DNA from: Takakia lepidozioides | Lineage: Eukaryota > Plantae > Bryophyta | Reading direction: 5' to 3' | Assembly (NCBI GenBank): GCA_030704615.1 | Contig: CM060733.1 | Location: forward strand, 53,258,001 to 53,322,000 | DNA length: 64,000 bases | Shown here: positions 50,601-64,000 of the stretch, piece by piece | How the letters are laid out: each line of letters begins with the position of its first letter | Numbering within the stretch: position 1 is the stretch's first letter | Program-made: the position numbers and the translations under genes | Notes under the pieces: generated by a model | What the model was told of the DNA's origin: nothing | Seen by the model: the letters and a program-made list of their open reading frames with translations, nothing else | The model's database searches: none

Positions 50601-53600
50601 AGGATCCTGTTGGAAAAATCTCCTCACCTCCTCCCTTCATTTTCTTCCTTGGCTATCAACACAATTTCCCTCAGGTTTTGTTATGCTGCTTTTGGATTTT
50701 ACCATAGAGAATCAACTTCCACAAGACATACAAAGAAATTGGACAATGTTCGAGACGGGACTCACTAGCGATGTTGCCATGATTGCCCAATATGAGCTTT
50801 CTACTCTAGTGTGTAGTATTTTTCGCGATGTAAAGTTTTTACCATTGTGGTAATTGTGAATCAGCAGGTGTTTTGGAGGTGAGGGAGCTGTTAGGTGGGA
50901 AGAATAGGATCTCAGAATGCAGGTTGGATGTGACTGAGAGCTCGAAAGTGGTAAATTCTTGGGGGAAGTTTGAGGATGGTGGTGGTTTGAGCCAATTTCT
51001 TTTGGCCAAACCGCTCAAAGGCAATAATGTGCTTTCTGGAGGATTGGATGTACTGGTAGATGCCGCACAGGTAGCTCTAATTTTTATATCTGCCATTGTA
51101 AGATTTCAAAACTATGGAGGGTTGCAGAAGAGAGATATCCCTAAGTTGCATTATTTCGCCGTCATAGTACACCCTTAACAATTATTCTGACTACTAGTGT
51201 AGGCTTATGATAGCATATGCGATATAAACCTTGTCCATTCTTTAGTTGCAGTTCCAATGTCAATTTTATTTGTTGCAGAGATGGAGTTGTTTTTGTACTT
51301 CAGTGTTGGAGCTTACTTCTAATGCATGGAATGACTTGACAGTATGGTCTATTGTCATCCTTTTGCTGATAAATGTAATTACTGGTGGTGTAGGTCGCAT
51401 CGGGGTCCTCATTTGCAGCTCAAGATGAAAGGCCTGGAGCAGATGACCAGGCTGAGAGTTGTGATGGTGCCCAAAGGGGTCTGTCCTCTCCAAAGAGAAA
51501 GGGGTATGCAGTGAAAGGAGAGCAGGGCTTCCGTGAGAGACAGGTTGTGCGACGGCCTCGGAGCGTTCTAAAGAGGGACTGTGGGCCTGAGGGAGTGGAA
51601 AGTAAGTCAGGTGGACGTGCTCAGACAAGTGTTCCCGTTTCACCAGCAGCTTATTGCAAAGGGAGCCAGAAGCCCTGTTCCTCAAAGAGTAAACAGGGAG
51701 GGAACAAGAATGTGGTTCTTGACAGCCAGGATGCCAAAACTTCAGGTGTCTTGGCTGGATTGAAGGCATTGGCTGCATCAGAAAACATGAAGAAAATAGG
51801 TGGACCCAAGGTAGATAGAGATGGTGTGCCATCTTCCCCCAGTGTGTCAGACACTTGTAGTGGGCAACGGGATAGTAATGCAACTTCGAATGTCCAGAAG
51901 GAAACTGGGGCACTTGTGCGTTCTAAACGAGGGAGAACCCAGGCCTTGCCTTCACGGTTTCGTGATTCCGTCGTTGAGCCCCTTAGGAAGAAGAGTGGTA
52001 AGGAATTCAAACAGTCCCCTAATGGGCTAAAGCCTATCACAATGCTGACAAATCACAAGAAACGCCTTAAGCGCCCTTCTCAGGAAAGTGCCAATACCAT
52101 GGCAGATTCTGAGCAGTTGGGCAAGGAGCTAACTAGAGTTCAAGAAGAACGCATACTTCCTGAGTCTATGAATCGCCACACAAAGCGAGAAGATAGGGAC
52201 AGCAAAGGTTGTTATTTGCGTGAAAGTCAGGGAGAAATGGATATGGACGACATATCAGACACCGAAGCCAAAGGCAGCACCGCTGGCTTTGCAGCAGAGT
52301 TGCAGGATTTTTCCATGGGGGCAATTGTGTGGGCCAAATCCGGGAAGCGAAATGATCCAATGTGGCCTGCCAAGGTTATAGACCCAATTAAAGATGCTCC
52401 TGAGCTGGTGCGAAAGCTTTCCATGCCGAACCACCTCTGCGTCATGTTCTACGGGCCCTCTTTTTCAAAAGACAAAGAACGGGTAGGATTTGCTTCTTAA
52501 TATTGAATGGTTTTCAATTTGTATCGTTGCTTGATGTTGTTCAACAGCAACTACTGCACATGACTTGACATGTCGGTTCATTGGGTTCATCTGAAGAATC
52601 TCGTGGTCCAACATCTATGGATAGGGGGTAGTGTCCCATTTGATCCTATTTCTACTCTTCTCTCTGGACGTTATGTGCTAAATCTGGGTGGGGTTCTTTT
52701 GTAAAGATTGGAATGAGCAAGGCTTCACGTGGGCAGGTACTGGGGCATGTAGAGGGACTACAAGTCACTGTGTAATCGCCTGGAAAAGTGGACTGTATTT
52801 CACTCAATCGGCCATGAAAAATCAGGGGGTTGGTGCTTTGAATGGAGTCATTCATGCAGACAGTAGTTAGTCCCTTGGTTTTATTGAAACTTTTCACAGA
52901 GCAACTATCCTTCCCCTCTGCCTGGAAGCCCACACGGCCGATTCCCCAAATCCCAGTGACCTTCAACAACGAGGACAGCCGTAATTTATGGCATAAAATG
53001 AACTGAATTATTTCTGATGCGTGTTGGCTTCCCACTGGTGCACATATACGTAGGAATAACAAACAGTCAATCATTTGCATGCTACACTATCTTGGGTCCG
53101 ATGGCTTTTTTGCAGGATTATGCTCTGGTGAAGAAAGGGATGTTGTTTCCATTTGATGACGGCTTGGAGAGGTATGATGTTCGAATTCCAATCCTTGAAA
53201 CAAGTAATTACATTTTTTGCTCAGTTCCTAAATGCCGACTTCTTTAACTGTTCAGTTAGTTACTGTTTTGGTGTCGATGGTGCCAGGTTCCAACAGCAAT
53301 CACATGTAACTAGGCCAAAGGATTTCAGGCAGGCCATTAACGAAGCAAAGTTAGCTGATTGCGGCTTTGAAGAGGGCCAGGGTTCTCTGAGGGCGAAGAT
53401 CAATCCTTCTGCAAAACTTACAATGTCTGTGGATGGAAGGGATGAAGCGGATGATGTCTGCCTCACCAACACTGATAAAAACGTGCCAAATACTTCAGAA
53501 AAGGTTTATAACTCATTTGTTGTATCCTGCACAAGAGATGGACACCAGTAGTGGCAAGTACTATCTTTACTGCACTAGAGCAGAAGCTAATGGATACTTC

Positions 53601-56600
53601 ATCAAGTAAGTTCCAGTTTCAGGTCCAGAATACTTCAATGGAAATTATCCTCGCAATTCCCTGAATGATCTACCATTGGTGTCATTGCAGGCAGCATTTA
53701 CGGGTGGCAAAGTGAAGCAGACATGCCCTGGGTGTGGAGTACAGGCACCCTTTGAAACATCCTCTGAGGAAAAGCCTCTTTGCAAGAATTGTGTTAAAGT
53801 AAGTCCCCACTTCCTGCAAGTCTAATCTATTCCTGTGACATACCCTGTGGTTTTACTTCATCCCATGGGTCCTCAGGGCCCCCTGTAGATGTTATGAAGT
53901 TCTGTCCTTTCTTTCCGTGGACGTTATACAGCACCATTTCATTTCATTTCTGTCTTTCATACACATTTCAAGGGTCAATGGGCCAGAGCCCCATATGAAA
54001 CACTTGATGTAGATGCAGCTTATTGCTACATGCTCTCACAAACTTCTTGTCTGCAACTGCACCTCTCTGTTCATGTCTCATCAGTTATATAAGAACAAAC
54101 AGTATTGTGGCGCATGCAAGAAAGTCTGGCTTCCCCGGGAGAAAAGCAGTTTTGTAAGTATCTCAGGCATTTTCGATGCTATAGTCATAGTTTTTTTCCT
54201 GTGCAAAAGTTGCAATTACGGAGTAGGGTGCATTCTGGCAAGCAGTGCATGCAGTAGAAAATTTAAGTCACTTTGATCGCGGTGGGCTCTTCAAGGTCAT
54301 CTGTTCAGCTGATTAGCTTCTTCTTGGTTTGGTCTCCAGGCACAGTGCGATAAATGTAAGCTATGGGTGCATGCTGCTTGTGACAAGCTCACCAGCAAGA
54401 AGCTCAAGGTGACACAATTTCTCCCGTTGTTAGCGTGTCATTTCAAATTACAGTTCTTAAGTATAAAACCACTTTCAAATGTGGGATGAAACAAGAAGTG
54501 AAGATGTACTTACCAAGAGAGGGTGAAAGAAGGAGGAAAGAACGTGAAATTTTATAACATCCACAAGAAACTCAAAGAGGTTATGGCGCACCAATGGACA
54601 AAATCCAAGCCCTCGCAAGAACCAGGTGACTGACTCGGTTTTTGGGTTCATTGACATTTGACCTGTGTGTTCCTAACAGGAGCTGGCTGATGGAGCCTCA
54701 TACAACTGCCCGGAGTGCAGAAAGCTGCAAGGCCTTGGAACTTCCCGTAAGCGCAAAATAGCTGACAGGTAAATAGATTTTCCAGGCTTTAATATGGACT
54801 CTGGGTTTTTGGAAAGTATTTAAAAGAGGTTAATCACTTCTTCAATGAGCTGGAAATGGCAGATGTTATTTCCTTAAGATTTGGTCACCGGAATGCCTCC
54901 AAATGTTTTTGTACCTCTGTGAGAGCAACAAAGTGAACAAGAAAGAAGCTGAATCACAATGCTTGATGCTTTGAGAGGGCCTCTCATTCAGCAGAGCACC
55001 AATTACAATGGATCAGAAAATGTTCACTCACCATTGTATATACAGAGTGGACATCTGAAATTCCGTGTTCCCAGCTGGGTCACTTACTATGCAGGGGAAG
55101 TCAGCCCTTCTTAATTTCCTAAGTGGGAGGCAGTTGAGACAGTCCTTTGGGTCCCAGCTCATTAAGGTTGTACAAGTAAATTAGGGCTGGGCTTCAGCTC
55201 ATTCTCTTTTCTCCACTATGGCCGGACTAATATGGAGAGGGAGAGAACTCAGTCACATAGTGTTGTAGCCTTCTAGCCTTCCTAACGAGCTCTGGCTGGC
55301 TTCTGTCATCCCCTACTCCTTCCTGCTCTGCATGGGCCTTGTTGATGTTTTCTGTTTTGTTTCAGGGAGACTCCACTATGTATGCGTGGTTCCATACTGT
55401 CCTAGCGTTTGCCCTCAGACTTGTGAAGGTGTATTGTGGCTATTTTGGGATGTAGTTGTTTTCCCTTCTTCTTTTAAAGGGCCGACTTTCACTTCATCTG
55501 CAGAAGAAATTTTACTTGGTCTGAGAGCGGGCATGCATAAGATGTTGCTTTCTTGTAGCCTGAGAGGTCTCTTTCTGTCGGAAGGTGGCTTAAGGTTTAA
55601 TTGATCACTCTCCTCTGGTCTTTCTGCACTTGGTGAGTTTCTCTGCTCATGGGCCCTGCGAGGGCCAGCATTCCCTGGCTTGGCAGGGTTGTATTGGAGA
55701 TCCTAGGGTTATAGTTTGTTTAAGGTACTTCCCCTTTTCTCCTCCCCCACCAAACGAGAAAGAGAGAAGGAAAATTCTGACCACAGGTGGGAAAGAAAGA
55801 CTACAACATCTCTTCAGAAATGACCAGAAATTATTATGTGGCAGGACCTCATTCATGATCTTACAATCAGCTAACTTACTTTGATTCCATCTTCTAAGAG
55901 TTTTTGGGTAATTTGGAATCTACTGTTGTGGGTGGGCAGGATGGGGGAAAGGTTGAGCTCTCATGTGGCTCCAGATCGTTTGGCTGTAGCTTGCTGTGGC
56001 ATGCAGGGGGAATATTTGCCAAAGTTTCATGAGTAAGCTACAATGTTCATTCAGTCCTTCAATTGATTCCCATCTGAATACTGTAACCTTTGAAGTTTTC
56101 CATAGAAAAGATTCGAGGCAGTAATTTTTTTGCGTTGCACATTACATGCAGATTTAGACATGTATATACATATGTATAATTATCATTTATAGAGACCCCC
56201 TTCATTCTCATGGCAGTGAGCTAAAATTGCTGTGTGCAAGAGGCTTTGCATTGCAAATGAAAGTTCCTCTTTTTTTTCCGTCTCTTTGGTGTAGGATTCT
56301 CTGCAAGTGTGAGGCATGTGGAGAAGAAGGAAAGTCAATGAAGCCTTCAGAGTGGGAAAGACACACAGGTTGCCGCAAGAGAAAGTGGAAGGAGAGCATC
56401 CGTGTGAAAAAAACAGATCAAGCCTTGGCAGTCTGGGTCAGGCAACTTTAAACTCTGGAATATTTTACTACTCCATGTGGTAACACTTTAATTCCAGGGG
56501 AACGTTGCTAGACGTTATGCTGCACAATCTATAGATAATTGATTAGATTTCTTTGATTTGACATACAATGCAGATTCAGCATATGCTGGATAGTGGAGCT

Positions 56601-59600
56601 GTTGGGCTTGCATATGAGGGACCAGATGTCAGCATACCTGCCAAGTTGCGGGAGCGAGCTTTGACCTTCAGTCTACAGGGTGAGATCTCTGTAAGCTCGG
56701 GAAGAACAAACAAGCTACTCTTGCACCTTTAGCAACCAGCTCAATATCTTGATGACTGTGTTTTAGTTATGCACATGGTCTGCTTTAGACTGCTTTATAA
56801 GCATTCATGCAAAGAAGGGCTCTGTGTCGTTTGAAGAGCTCCGTCTGCAGGACGCAGATGCGAATGCCAGGAATTGTCATTCTTGTCCCCAAAAACTTTG
56901 CAATCAGAGCCTATCAATGTCTGACTTTTCAACTATCCTTGTGTGCAGTGCCATACAAGCCAGTGGTGATGACCTGGACATTAGAGAAATGTGCAGTATG
57001 TGGCCAGGGGAAAGATGATGACTGCAACAAGATGATCATGTGCAACCGGTGATTCATCTTTATCCATCTTTTCTATACTTCTGTTCTCTAATAAATCACT
57101 CTCACTCTTTCCTTGGAGGGCTCGGAATTTCTGATCTAAGTAAAACCTGTCTTTATGGTATAGCTGTGATGATAGACCTCCTTTTCGAAATTGTTCATTA
57201 AATCTTGTGTGATTCCTGTGAATTGAATAATTGTCTGCATAAATCTTCCTCTCTTCTATTTGCAGAGATGGTGGCCCTTCAAGTTGCCATGTCCCAAAGG
57301 ATTGTTAGGCAGGAACTTATCGTGTCCCATTCATATCTGAACTGAGATCACTGACAATGTCTATATTTGGCTTCATTCAGGTGCCAAGTGGCAGTTCATG
57401 AAGAGTGTTATGGAGTAAAAGCATCAGAGAACAGTGGGTCATGGGTTTGCCGAGCCTGTGAAACCCTGGACATTGAGAGCGAATGCTGCCTCTGTCCTAT
57501 CAAAGGTGAGTGCTGCAGCGCTCTGTTTCTGTCATTTTGCTGAAGCAGAATCTAGCTGGTTTATCAGTGCATGGTAACTCCATAAGTTGTATGTTGTCTA
57601 CTATTAGGAGGATGGGTGCTTGTTAAAGTTGTTGTGATCAGAGTTGTGCAATTCATGGGTGCTTTGATGGTTAAAAAGTTGCATGACAATGGGGGAAATT
57701 GTGCAATCTATACCATAAACATACTTGTCAACTACATTGATGTGATCACAATCATACAGATGAACTCATAAAATTGTTCTGAGTATGTTGGAACAACATG
57801 AATTAGCATGCAACATGTCAGGGAATCTTTGGTAAGGGGCAAGACACCTCACATGCTATTGTTGTTTCTAAAAGACTAGCTTTCTATGTTGTTGGCAGGT
57901 GGTGCACTGAAGCCCACAACAATCAAGGGCTTATGGGTGCACATAACATGTGCATGGTGTGTGCCAGAGGTGACATTCAAGAACCCCCTGAAACTGGAAC
58001 CAGCTGACGGCCTCCTCAACATAGGAAGTTCGCGCTTTCGTCAGGTTGGTTGATACACAAGGACCGGATGCATGGTTGAAGTGTGGTCTTAGTTAGGTCT
58101 TACCCTTCTTTCTCTCGTTTCAGTTTTCACCAACTGCTACTGACAGAGTGACGAAGGGCAAGGCTGCCTCCATACGTTCACACTAAATGCAAACAATACA
58201 CCTGTGCCACCCACCCACCAAAAAGTGGCTCTTTGACTCAGTTGTCACCCCTGCCGCCAGTTACGTCTGTGAGTTTTGGGCCCCCGGTATCCCAGTTTCC
58301 TGGTAAGAAAAAAACCTGGAACCTCTGCAAGCATCTGTCCTCCAAGGAAGGCTCGGCGCCCAGAGGTACAACACCATCACAGATTTTATGTGTGGAATTC
58401 GCATGTGTACTGCTTCCAACCAAGGCCATCTTCCGGCTTACAATCTTTCTTACAAGGTTGCAAGCCCTACCACCCAAGTGGCTAACAGCCCAAGCCCTCG
58501 CAACCTGTATAAGACTCAAAAACGCTGGTTTGAAGACCTCCTGGTATGCTTGGGTGGCCAACTTTTTTGAGCGCCACAGACTCTGTTACTTCCCTATTGC
58601 CACAAGATACGGAGGGGGTGAAAATTTCGTCCAAGCAGGACGGCAACATGTGCATTAGACGAGAACTTATGGAACTTCACATCAGGTGAAACCAGCCACT
58701 CTTTCAACAAATCTGCAGTTCTAGTGGGAGACATTCTTCCATGACGATAGAATGTTATGGCCCGATTGCCTGTCTGCAGCTCTATCTCCCTCTCTGCATT
58801 GAGAGGTTTAGGGTGGGCTCCCAAGGTCTGCGGATAGAGACGAGTAGGTGGGACAACCTGCAATGTGAGGACCGCCTAAGCCCCGCTTGCACTGGAAATG
58901 ACAAAAAGTGAAGAATATTTCCTCCTTCACTGTCCTCTCTATCATGAGATCCATGGGAGATGCTATGGTCTATTCCAAAACACCCAATGTCTCACTGATG
59001 TCTTCCATTACAGGGATCAGAAATGCTTAGCAGCAAATCTGCATTAGGCGCTGACTCCTAGACAATCCCTTGAACAAAAGTTGTTTTTTGGGCCTTGAGG
59101 GTCCCTCACTCTTTCTTGTTTCATGCTTTCTCGTCCCATGAGCTCTTTGAGCATTCCGCAGATGTTATAAAGTGTCATGTCATTTCATTTCAATCATTTC
59201 TCTGTTTTCTTTTGTCCCATAAGCTCTTTGAGCTTTCCACAGACATTATGAAGTTGGCGCAGGTAGGTGGTGGCCTAAAAAGAAGCCCAAAACATAATGA
59301 TACTTTATAACGCCACTTGCACTGGGAACAACAGGGAAATTAAAAGTGAAGAACATTTCTTCTTCAATTGCCTTTCGACTATGAGATCCATGGGAGATTC
59401 AATTGTCTATTCCATGATACCCTATCTCTCATGGAGGTAAGGATCAGAAATGCTTGGCAACTTACCTGCATGAGGCATTGACCTCTTGGACAATCCCTTG
59501 AATAATAGTTGCTTTTTGTCTGCTTGTGGAGGGCCCTTCTCTCTTTCTTTTTCTCTTGTCCCATAAGCTCTTTGAGCTTTCCATGGACTTTATAAGTACT

Positions 59601-62600
59601 ATTTCATTTCATTTTATTTCTTTGTCTTATCAGTAGCTGTACTGAGGGATTCCGGACCTAGTCATCTTGGAAACCTTTGAAGCCCAGATACCAATAGTGG
59701 TGGGTGGTAAAGTTATAACAGTACCTATCAATGAGTTAGCTTCTGGATTCTGCCATGCACCAGACAACATTTATAACTTTTATGCACATTTTAGATGTCC
59801 CAAGGCTTTTCAGGGTAAACAAATATTCTGTATTTTTGGGCCTCTAGTTCTGAGAGTTACTGATGCCTATGCACTTGGAGTGGACAGGCATGTACCATAT
59901 GCCGACAGATACATGGCGCATGCATCCGTTGTGCCAACAAGAATTGCCGCACCTCATTCCATGCTATGTGTGCCTTCAAAGCCAGCTACCACATGGAGGC
60001 ATGATTGCACAGGCCCTTCCTCATTTTCAAACTTAAGGGGATATGAGCAGATTACTTCATGTGATTTTGGTTCCAGACAATCCCACCACCTTCCCTTATT
60101 TGTTGTATGTCTTGTTTCTGGTCCATCAAATGGAGAGACTTGAAACACAAATGCAATTATTCTTCAAGGTGTTTTGTTCTCTTTTGTGCAAGGTCGTACA
60201 ACGGATCTTATGGTTTGAATCTTTTCATGTACTGTACCACAGTTAACGCACTTGCTTGTGATCTCAAGTTGAAGGTTATTGCTTGACGAGGAGGTGAGCC
60301 ATTGTTATGCAGGTGCAAAGTGTGAATAATATACTTGGGGTACCCATGAGAAAGATGATTACATACTGTCATAATCACAGGTATGACTCTTTCAGCTTGG
60401 CTCTTCTAAGGAGAATGTGTGGAGTTGCTACAATACCTGATATTGAGCCTTCTGCATCATTCAACTGAAACCAATATATTAAAACCAGGGGCAAAGCTTT
60501 TGACAAGGAACCTGTTGGTACACTAGCATGTGTTTGTGTAATTTTCTGATATTTGCAGTGAGATCCACCAGTAGTGATTATGTCTAGTTACCTTGAAGGG
60601 CTATATGTATCCCTGTATGACTAGTCGTTTTCCTTTTTGTGTCTTCTTGTCTCAGCTTAAATATCAGAAAGGCCTAATTGACTGCAATTTTTGCAGAACC
60701 CCCAACCCTGACACATTCCTGGTGCTGAAGCCATCGCAAGGAAAAGCTCCTACCCAGATTACACAGTTGCAGTTGGAAAAGACAGAAGGTCTGGTTAGCT
60801 TAAGCACCAAACACTGCAGAAACAACAAATTTGCGGCTGCGAGGTGTCGATCCTACAATCGTGCAAACCACAAGGTATGTCTCTTTCTGAAGTCAACCAA
60901 GTACTGCCTGTAGCTCCTTCAGCTCGTGTTGATTGAGCGTGTGAAAAGGCCCATAGGCATTATCTGGTGTAATCAAATTTTCTTCGGCAGGAGCGATTAT
61001 GTTGAAGGCCCAAGAAATGAATGGAGAGCATTTCCAACTGAACTTTTTGGTTGCAAATTTGTATGATGAATCATTCTGCCGCATCTTATGACCTGTAGTA
61101 TCCTCAATGAGTTTCAATCAGCATCCTTTACTGGAGATCCATGCTTGGGGGCTTGGCCATGAAATTCTTTTGGAATAGAATGTACTCACGAGACGTTGTT
61201 TACCGTAACATTGTAGCAAAAGACCCCGCCCCCAGTTTGGGAGGGACCAAAAGGGATCAGACACTACCTTTGTGAGGGAATATTTTGTTTGAATGGTTTG
61301 AATATGTTACTCTTTTGGAATAGACTCAGAAAGTGGGCCAAGGTGTAAACCAGTTTAGCCATACCAAACTGTTTGGATGTGAAGACTGTTATCTTATAAG
61401 TTTTCACAGTTTGACATAAGATGTGCCTAGTTGCAGCATTCTCTAAAGATGTATTGATGGTCCCCTATTCTGGAGTGAGCATGTGAGTTTTAAGAGTAAC
61501 TTCTGATCTGACCTTTATTTCGTTGAAGAGACCTGCATATTTTTCACTGGAAATCAATAGTTTGACCCACAGCAGTGCGAACCTTCTTTCCAACCCTTTG
61601 AATGCATAAGCTGTCTCCTCATGAGTCAACGCTGCCATCTGATCAATGTACGATGATTTTGCAGAGGATGACAGTAATGGAAGCTTGTCACCATGTCACA
61701 GGCTACAGCTGGGACTCGTTTAAGAACATCAAATGTCTTCGAGTGAGACCCTGCCCCTCTACAGTCCTGAATGTTAGTTCGTCTTCTTCTATTCAATTAT
61801 TGTTAAGGAATGAGCCTATTCCTAGTTGGTGAGACTGTACTCCATGACTGGCTCCCCTAATCAAATATCTATGTTGAGCATCTCTGAAGGATGAAGGGTT
61901 TGTAAGCAATTTGTATGGAGAGGGAGGGTTCGTCTGGGCATTGTTCATTTGATAGGCTAGTGGTCCTCTGCTGACTCCCATTTGGGTTCTTGTCGGTTTT
62001 ACATGCACCCAACACTTTCAGCTTGGTTCATCTCCTCAATTCTTAATGAACCCTTGGTCTTCTCTCCCTTGAAGTTCTTACAACATAAATACCAATCTCT
62101 GCATGGCTTCTAGGTGTGCGGTTTCATTTCTGATGGTCATGCCCCCGAAAGAGTTGAATGGGCAGTTTCCCAGACAGTCTCTCCTGTAAGATTTTCCAGT
62201 ATGTGCCACCCAAGATCATCTCCATTTCAACTACCCTGCAGCACTTTCCTCTCCCATCATCATTTGGGGCTCTTAACATATGGGTTCCCCTTGTAGTTCG
62301 ACTTCATCCCATAGATAGGACCTTCTCTTTAACACTGTAAGTTATACTTTCGTCTTTTCCCATACACATAGATGCCAGACAGGGAACGTCCTTAGTTCAT
62401 GTGATCATGTTTGCACGACTCTTGTGAAAGACTTAAGTCCCCTATCCATCCATTCTCCTTGCTATCATGCGTCTGATGGCTTAATTTTGTAATACATTTC
62501 CAGAAAATGGAGCAAACATCAATTTGCTTTGGCAAATCAGCGAACCATGGGTGGGGACTTTTTGCTCACCGTGACATTCAAGAAGGGGAGATGGTACGCA

Positions 62601-64000
62601 ATCCCCTTAATCTGCTTTGGGACAATTGACTGGTTAGGACCTACTGAAATGGAAGCTCCTGGAGATGCTTCTGAACTATGACAGCATGTCTATAGTAATA
62701 TTGGTAGGTAAGGACACATACCGTAGACCTTTTCTTTTTTTTTAAATTAGAAAAAAAAGGAAACCCTGGGAGCAACTGCTCACAATTGAGGGCCTTTCTT
62801 GAGGAGGAAAAGCAACCCCCTTTCAATGAACCGTGAAGCTTTCCAGGGGACTGAACCCCAGAGTTGAAGGCCGACAAACCAAACGGGGATTGAACCCTAG
62901 ATCCACTGGTCTATGCACAGGATGGATCTGGGAAGATTGTATATATCAAGGTAAACCACACTACTGGAGTGAGTCCCTCACAAAGGTAGTGCATGTTCCC
63001 TATATGTCCGCCCAAACTGGGCGGGGGGTCTTTGGCTAGAAGGCTACGGCAAAAAAGTCTCGTGAGTACATTCTCTCTCCCTCTCTCACTCCCTTTCTCT
63101 CTTTCTTATCAATATATCACGGCCTTTGTCCCTATCAACAGAAAAAATAGAAAAGGTACATGCTGAGCAGGCTATTCGGTCTCCACATGAGAGAGGAGAG
63201 ACAGAGAGAGAGACAGAGAGAGAGAATGTGCTCATAAGACTTAGCTTGCCGTAGCCTAGTTTTCTAGGGATGATATACACAAATTCACAGAGAGTGCCCC
63301 CCCCATAGTAATCAAATTATGGTTGTGTTTCTATAGAACCATAATTTGTGTGGTGTAACTTCCCCTCATGACCTGTTTGCTTATGTGTTATGTCCATTAG
63401 GTTTTGGAGTATAGGGGGGAGAGAGTGCGGCGGAGTGTGGCAAACTTGAGGGAGCAGTGCTACAAGAGGCAGGGCAGGGATTGCTATGTGGGTACCGTCT
63501 CCATTCATGTGTAAAGGGAGGCATGCACGAAGGGTTATCAGCTCAGTGAGGAAGAAGAACAGTTGGTGTGATATTTCATAATTGGACAGTTGCCTGGCTT
63601 GCCCCAAGTGGCGCATAATGAAATGTTTCCTCTGTGGGGAAATCTGAAGCTGACTTGGCTTGTGTAAGCACATGCTGTTAGTTTTGAGAAGATACATATG
63701 CAAGAAACAGAAAGAACCACACATTTTTTATCATACTATACGATGTGCTACTCTGACCAATATTTTTTTTCTTTCCTTGTGGTTGCAGCTCTTCCAAATC
63801 AACAATGACATGGTGATTGATGCCACAGAGAAGGGAAACATTGGACGCCACATCAAACATTCGGTACCTGACATTGTTCTTCATGTACCCCTGTGAACCA
63901 ACCATTTTGTACCTTGTGGATATTCTGTTTGTCTGCGACCCAGTACGCATGTCGAAGCCACAGCTGCACGTGACCATTGGGTTTTACATGCTTTTTGTGG
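47657..64000 (+). CDS. ATX3/4/5-type histone H3K4 methyltransferase-like gene (PWWP, PHDs, SET); multi-exon, runs off the window; start codon and 5' exons uncertain
   Basis: LVRSKRGRTQALPSRFRDSV; PWWP VWAKSGKRNDPMWPAKVID; PHD YCGACKKVW...CDKCKLWVHAAC; SEWERHTG; CQVAVHEECYG; GALKPT..LWVHITCAW; SET FGKSANHGWGLFA, VLEYRGE, IDATEKGNIGRHIKHS. Homology is firm from ~51394 onward. Confidence 0.88.
58200..59620 (+). mobile_element. Two 5'-truncated RTE-X-like LINE 3' ends in an intron
   Basis: TPSQILCVEFA...RLQALP, ERFRVGSQGLRIETSRW, EEYFLLHCPLYHEI; 58880-59250 is similar to 59310-59620; both end in CATTT-type tails. Confidence 0.7.

Overview
Intron-rich eukaryotic nuclear DNA from a land plant, probably a non-seed plant or bryophyte (inferred from TE types and gene content). 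1-22 kb is a nest of retroelements. A Tcn1/chromovirus-like Ty3/Gypsy element is interrupted (4-bp TSD) by a complete ~11.5 kb Gypsy-like element (5668-17179, minus). That element encodes Gag, protease, a DNMT3-like C5-cytosine methyltransferase, RT, RNase H and a DDE integrase with a C-terminal PHD finger. It lacks normal paired LTRs: its termini are split/permuted repeats (B ... PPT-A-GC-B-A) with a palindromic CA|GC|TG junction and an apparent self-priming site. A diverged, 5'-truncated relative (18191-22014, plus) has the same 3' architecture, so this looks like a family property. I infer that a 2-LTR circle is integrated through an internal att site. 22-37 kb holds TIR-bounded 'Pack'-type elements and other degraded gene fragments (REC8/RAD21, PPR, kinesin-7, SGT1, NDA, RUS2, shikimate kinase). 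37-64 kb holds host genes: an intact GDSL lipase, a damaged SirB, and a divergent ATX3/4/5-type SET gene running off the window end, with RTE-X-like LINE remnants in an intron. All calls are from reading motifs by eye; no searches were run.
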